From Bacilli bacterium (lineage in GTDB: Bacteria; Bacillota_I; Bacilli_A; RFN20; CAG-826), in assembly GCA_024683495.1 (NCBI GenBank), contig JAIKYF010000056.1:1-49108 (forward strand): 49,108 nt of DNA, read 5' to 3'. The translations under genes and the position numbers were made by a program. This document shows positions 44,884-49,108 of this stretch, piece after piece; positions within the stretch are counted from its first letter, which is position 1; the number at the start of each line of letters is the position of its first letter. Below the pieces are notes generated by a model that had not been told where the DNA came from, did no database searches, and worked only from the letters and a program-made list of their open reading frames with translations.

Positions 44884-47800
44884 ATGGATGCAGCGCTTAT
44901 TACAAACATCACCAATTGGGTATTGCTTGGGTTATTCTTCTTAGTAATCATCATTCTCGCTTTATGCTTCTTACGCGGATATTTCAGAGGCTGGAAATAC
45001 GGCACTTACCGCATCATTGCCTTCGCCGTCGCTTTCGTCGTGGCCTTCGCCACTTTGAAGCTGGTCGGCAATGCCATCGGCAACCTCAATCTGCCCTTTT
45101 TAGGCACGGTCTCTTTCCAAATCACCTCCAGCGGGGAAACCTATAACATCGCTGCAACGTTCGGCTCCCTCAACTCCGTCATCTCCTCCATCGTCGAACA
45201 AGTCCTCAAAGCCTACCATGTCAATATGGCCCCCGAAGCCATCGCCGCCTACGCTTTGGCGGTGGCCAATTCGGCCGTCTTATTGATCACCATGATCATC
45301 GAAGGCATCCTCATCGCTACTATCTATAATTTATTAGTGATGATCCTTTGGCACGCGGCTTTCATCCGCATCATCCCAAAGGAAAAACGCGAAGCCTCCA
45401 AAAAGAAGCTCCGTTTCGTCTCCGCCGCCGAAGAATTGCTCATCGGGGCGTTATGCATGGTCATGATCATGGCCCCTCTCACCTCGATGGTCAACTCACT
45501 CGCCAATGGCTGGGACAATAACGAAAACACCTCCAACGCCACTAAATCCATCCAAGCCGACGATGAGACCTACCAAACCATCCAAGGCATCGTCGATACC
45601 TATAATAATTCGGCTTTCGCCAAAGCCTTCTTCTCCTGGACGAAGTTCGGAGGGGATTTCTCCTTCGACCAAGCCCTCACCAACTGGGCGACCGCCGGAA
45701 GCTACGATAATGCGACCGTCTCCTTGGTCAACGAATTGACCTATTTAACAAAGGTCGGCTCCATCGTCGTCGAAAACGGCTTCTTGTCCCAAGATGGCGA
45801 CATGGCCACCAAAGCCATCTTCTTCGCCGTCTCCGAAGGCGCCCCTGAACTCCTTAGAGCCTTAGCCAAATCTAGCTTAATCACCGGCATCATGCCTTTC
45901 GCCCTTGAAATCGTCACCAATCTCGACGGGGTCAAAGAATACCTGAAGACCAATGAAGGCATCGACTTCTCCGGTAACTACAGTCTCACCTTAGATAAAC
46001 TCGCCTCCATCTACTCTAACCTAATCAATAACAGCGATCTCACCTCGGCCGTCGTCAATGAAGACGGCTCCATCGGTGAGCCAAGCGACATCATCAACGC
46101 CGCCTTCACTTCCAACACCCAAACCCCGATGGAAGTCTTCTTCGATGAGCTCAATTCCTCCGAAGACCTCGCGGTCATCAACACCGTCCTCTCCTCGGCT
46201 TTCTATGTCATGGCCTGCAACGCCAAGAAAGCGGAAGCGGAAGATCCCGAAAAATACAAGAATCAATTCACCATCGCCGATTTCGTCCCCGATGTCGGAG
46301 AATACGATAGCGATGGGGATGGCATCCCCGACAAAGTCAGCGATGAATTCCTGAACTTTGGGTGGTTCAAGCAAATCGCCATCGCCTACGACGCCATCGT
46401 CCAGCTCGTGGGAGTCGATTCTCGCTTCTTATCCCTTCTCACCTCTGGCATCGGCCAAGAGACCTACACCATCGACTCCGATACGATGATCGATCTCTAT
46501 GTCGACCGCATCCGTGACGTCGCCCCAATCGTCTATGGCGATCTCAGCGACACCGCGGGCAAAAACCCCGACGTCAGCATCAATTCCTATTGCTTGCTCG
46601 ACTGCGACATGATCAAGTTCGCCGTCCCGAAAATCTTCAATGTCTTAGCCGATTCCGTCAATAACGCCTTCAATTTCACCGGCGAAAAGGCCATATCCTT
46701 GGAAAAAGTCGGCGAGGAATTGACCGACCCGACCGCCTTGAAGAACGAATTCAAGAATCTCTTCGAAGTCATCTACTGCATCACCGACACCGAAGAAGGA
46801 AAAGACTTCCTTAAGAACCTCGATCAGCTTAGAGGCATCTATACCCATAAAGAGGAGGCCGACTCCAACCCAGTCTTCTTAGGGGCCAACAAAAACCTCG
46901 TCAATTCTTTGGCCAACGCCTTAGATAAGCTCGACTCCTCGAAAGTCGCCAAAGCCTTGATGCCTCCTATTTTCACCAATTACCTCACGGGCGATGATTC
47001 CCCGCTTAAGCAAGCGGGCTTAGACCTCCAGTTCGATTTCGAAAACGTCGATATCGGCACGAACCTCGCCTCCTTGATCAGAGTCTACAATTCCTGCCAA
47101 GGCGTCGTCTCCTATGTCACTGGCTTAGGAAGCGCTGGCGACCTCTCCATCAAAGCCGCCAACTCCATGCTCTACACGATGGTCAATTACAAAGCGGATG
47201 ATGGCAATGGCAATTTGGTTCCCCAAATCCAGCTCTTGCTCAAAGAAATCGTCACCAATCCTCTCCTCAACCCGAGTGGCTCGAATAACGGCAACATCGC
47301 TTCCTTATTGAAGATGGTCCTTAAGAGCGCCCTCAATAACGAAGAGTATTCCACCCTCATCGACGAGACGGTCGCCGCGACCGACTTGACGAGCGGCGGC
47401 TCCACGGAAATCACCGCCATCGTCAACGCCTTCATCGCCATCTCCGAAAGCGATTTGCTTTCCGCGATGAATGGCTTAAGCGGCGGAAGCTTCAATCTCT
47501 CCTCCTTAGCCAACGTCTCCTTCGAAACTATCTTAGGGGCGGTAGGGCAATCGAAGATCATCTCCAAGATCATGGCCAAGTTCCTCAATGACACCCTTCT
47601 TCATATGAATATCAACGGCGTCGAGATCGACATCGAATCCGAAGGCGTTGACTTCACCGCGGTCACCGACTGGGCCGAAGAAGGAAAAGCCATCGATAAA
47701 TTAGTCAAAGCCGCCACCTCCATCGGCGACCTCAATAACATCGACTTCATCAATTCCTCGCCCGATGCCATCAGGGACATTCTCCTATGTCTCTCGCAAT

Positions 47801-49108
47801 CGGAAATCTTCCCAGCCACCAAAGAGGGGACGACCGGCTGCGCTTTCAGCTCGGTTTTAGCCAGCGCCCTCATCGCCTCGGTCAAGGACAATTCCGAGAT
47901 GGCCCCCTATTTCGCCGACATCGATTCGACGGCAGGCAATTACACTTTCGAGACCCTTAGAAACGATATCACAAGCCTTACTAGAGAAGATTGGCTCAGC
48001 GAATCCGACACCTTCTCCAGCGTCATCCGTTATCTCCAACTCTTCGGATTGGACATGACTTTCGCCGATCTCAGAGACATGAATGCCGATCTCTTTGAGA
48101 ACCTCATCAATAACATCTCCTTATCGAAGTCGGTTGGACGTCTACTTTCCTACCGCGTCTTCAAGATCGTCAACGACGCGATCGTCGGAAGCAATACCTC
48201 CTCGCCATTCGCCAAGGCCAACCTCGATTACATCTGGAACCTCGATGACATCAGCGAAAGGCAGAAAGAAGATGCCACCCTCTCATCATTGGTCCATACG
48301 GTCATCGACCCCTCTGGCTATGATGGAAGCAAATACACCTATGTCTTCTTGAACGAGGCCGGCGCCTTCAACGGAGCCAACCTCGACATCAAGAGCATCC
48401 CCGCCCAAACCGTCATTAAGCCAATGCTTAACGCTTTAGCCGAATCCAAGGTCTATAACACCCGCAAGACCGGCGAGACCATGACTTCCTTTGAGTTAGA
48501 AGTCGCCGATTTGCTCGTCAAATCCGGCCTCTATGGCGAAAATAACGAAGCCACCAAAGATAAAGTCCTCGCCGCTGTCTCAAAGATCGGCGACACCGAT
48601 ACCGCGACCCATATCGCCAATTGGAAGAATGAGATCGTCTCCTTGGTCAATATCATCGAGGCAGTCCAAAACTCCCCCATCAATCTCTTTGATTTCAAGG
48701 TCGAGGATTATTTCAGCAAGTCCCTCAGCGCCGATCAAAACGAAGCCAACCGCGTCGAACTCAATAACATCCTCAATCTCGTGAACGAAGATGAGCTCCT
48801 TTATGAAATCATTCCCACCCAAATCGAAAACGCCATCAACTCCATCGATGCCGGCAACTTTGATTTATCTAAGGCCAACGTCCACTATGCCGAGCGTTAC
48901 GATAGCGAGGAAATCTCCCATCTTACTTATATTATTAAGGACTCCTTCCTCCGTCCCGACACCACCAACGCCTCGGCCCTCACCGATCCTTACCTCCAGG
49001 ATTTACTTAGACACGCCTCCCAAAGCAAGGTCGTCAATAGCCTCAAGAGCGGCGAAACCAAGACCTGCTTAGAGAACGAAATCGTCAATATCCTTGCTAA
49101 ATCCGGCC
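44884..49108 (+). CDS. giant membrane-anchored protein of unknown function (3' end beyond window; more than 1408 codons)
   Basis: Not in the supplied track because it has no stop in the window. I read the frame from ATG 44884 codon by codon to 49107 and found no stop. SD GAGGAGG lies 6 nt upstream. The N-terminus MDAALITNITNWVLLGLFFLVIIILALCFLRGYFRGW... has CvpA-like TM helices (about 4 TM in the first ~200 aa). A long Asn/Asp/Ser/Leu-rich region follows. Codon usage matches the core genes. Confidence 0.85.
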   Translation, partial: MDAALITNITNWVLLGLFFLVIIILALCFLRGYFRGWKYGTYRIIAFAVAFVVAFATLKLVGNAIGNLNLPFLGTVSFQITSSGETYNIAATFGSLNSVISSIVEQVLKAYHVNMAPEAIAAYALAVANSAVLLITMIIEGILIATIYNLLVMILWHAAFIRIIPKEKREASKKKLRFVSAAEELLIGALCMVMIMAPLTSMVNSLANGWDNNENTSNATKSIQADDETYQTIQGIVDTYNNSAFAKAFFSWTKFGGDFSFDQALTNWATAGSYDNATVSLVNELTYLTKVGSIVVENGFLSQDGDMATKAIFFAVSEGAPELLRALAKSSLITGIMPFALEIVTNLDGVKEYLKTNEGIDFSGNYSLTLDKLASIYSNLINNSDLTSAVVNEDGSIGEPSDIINAAFTSNTQTPMEVFFDELNSSEDLAVINTVLSSAFYVMACNAKKAEAEDPEKYKNQFTIADFVPDVGEYDSDGDGIPDKVSDEFLNFGWFKQIAIAYDAIVQLVGVDSRFLSLLTSGIGQETYTIDSDTMIDLYVDRIRDVAPIVYGDLSDTAGKNPDVSINSYCLLDCDMIKFAVPKIFNVLADSVNNAFNFTGEKAISLEKVGEELTDPTALKNEFKNLFEVIYCITDTEEGKDFLKNLDQLRGIYTHKEEADSNPVFLGANKNLVNSLANALDKLDSSKVAKALMPPIFTNYLTGDDSPLKQAGLDLQFDFENVDIGTNLASLIRVYNSCQGVVSYVTGLGSAGDLSIKAANSMLYTMVNYKADDGNGNLVPQIQLLLKEIVTNPLLNPSGSNNGNIASLLKMVLKSALNNEEYSTLIDETVAATDLTSGGSTEITAIVNAFIAISESDLLSAMNGLSGGSFNLSSLANVSFETILGAVGQSKIISKIMAKFLNDTLLHMNINGVEIDIESEGVDFTAVTDWAEEGKAIDKLVKAATSIGDLNNIDFINSSPDAIRDILLCLSQSEIFPATKEGTTGCAFSSVLASALIASVKDNSEMAPYFADIDSTAGNYTFETLRNDITSLTREDWLSESDTFSSVIRYLQLFGLDMTFADLRDMNADLFENLINNISLSKSVGRLLSYRVFKIVNDAIVGSNTSSPFAKANLDYIWNLDDISERQKEDATLSSLVHTVIDPSGYDGSKYTYVFLNEAGAFNGANLDIKSIPAQTVIKPMLNALAESKVYNTRKTGETMTSFELEVADLLVKSGLYGENNEATKDKVLAAVSKIGDTDTATHIANWKNEIVSLVNIIEAVQNSPINLFDFKVEDYFSKSLSADQNEANRVELNNILNLVNEDELLYEIIPTQIENAINSIDAGNFDLSKANVHYAERYDSEEISHLTYIIKDSFLRPDTTNASALTDPYLQDLLRHASQSKVVNSLKSGETKTCLENEIVNILAKSG

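Noticed and set aside
44868-49072. About a dozen 60-135-aa ORFs listed on both strands
   Set aside because: All are alternative-frame or antisense shadows of the single uninterrupted frame starting at 44884.
1-49108. Mycoplasma-type genetic code (TGA read as Trp), CRISPR arrays, rRNA, IS elements, prophage genes, sortase/LPXTG signals
   Set aside because: TGA terminates two well-supported genes (33405, 35954). I saw no repeat-spacer arrays, rRNA-like segments, transposase/integrase/phage structural motifs or LPXTG C-termini when reading through the window.

Overview
49.1-kb chromosomal window from a low-GC Gram-positive or Mollicutes-like bacterium. It uses the standard genetic code: TGA acts as a stop at 33405-33407 and 35954-35956. 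I could not run any searches, so all family calls come from reading motifs by eye. Left to right: the 3' end of a UDP-L-FucNAc-type sugar locus (capE/capG/capF-like), tRNA-Ser(CGA), a membrane-anchored protein with degenerate GGDEF- and EAL-like domains, proS, and small membrane, lipoprotein and zinc-ribbon genes. Next come tRNA-Ser(GCU), followed by a strongly AT-rich islet carrying an AAA/DUF4143-type ATPase. The main feature is a 10.5-kb four-gene minus-strand operon (12176-22647). It encodes two proteins with TasA/camelysin (SipW-type) signal-peptide motifs, a 1029-aa surface protein and a 1686-aa BspA-type leucine-rich-repeat protein. Its leader reads as a c-di-GMP-I (GEMM-I) riboswitch. 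The rest is mostly housekeeping and envelope genes: Cof-type HAD hydrolase, phosphodiester glycosidase, an acyl-AMP ligase/DUF1624/PAP2 trio, a heterodimeric ABC exporter, vsr, an MFS transporter, rdgB, an endonuclease-I lipoprotein, mgtC, tRNA-Gly/Asp, trxA, traX-family and CPBP protease genes. At the right edge, an ORF of more than 1408 codons (44884 to the window end) is missing from the supplied ORF track because it has no stop in the window. Other signals: a 12-14-nt motif directly after stop codons at five loci, four candidate leaderless mRNAs, and several recurrent short intergenic motifs. No rRNA, CRISPR array, transposase or integrase was seen.
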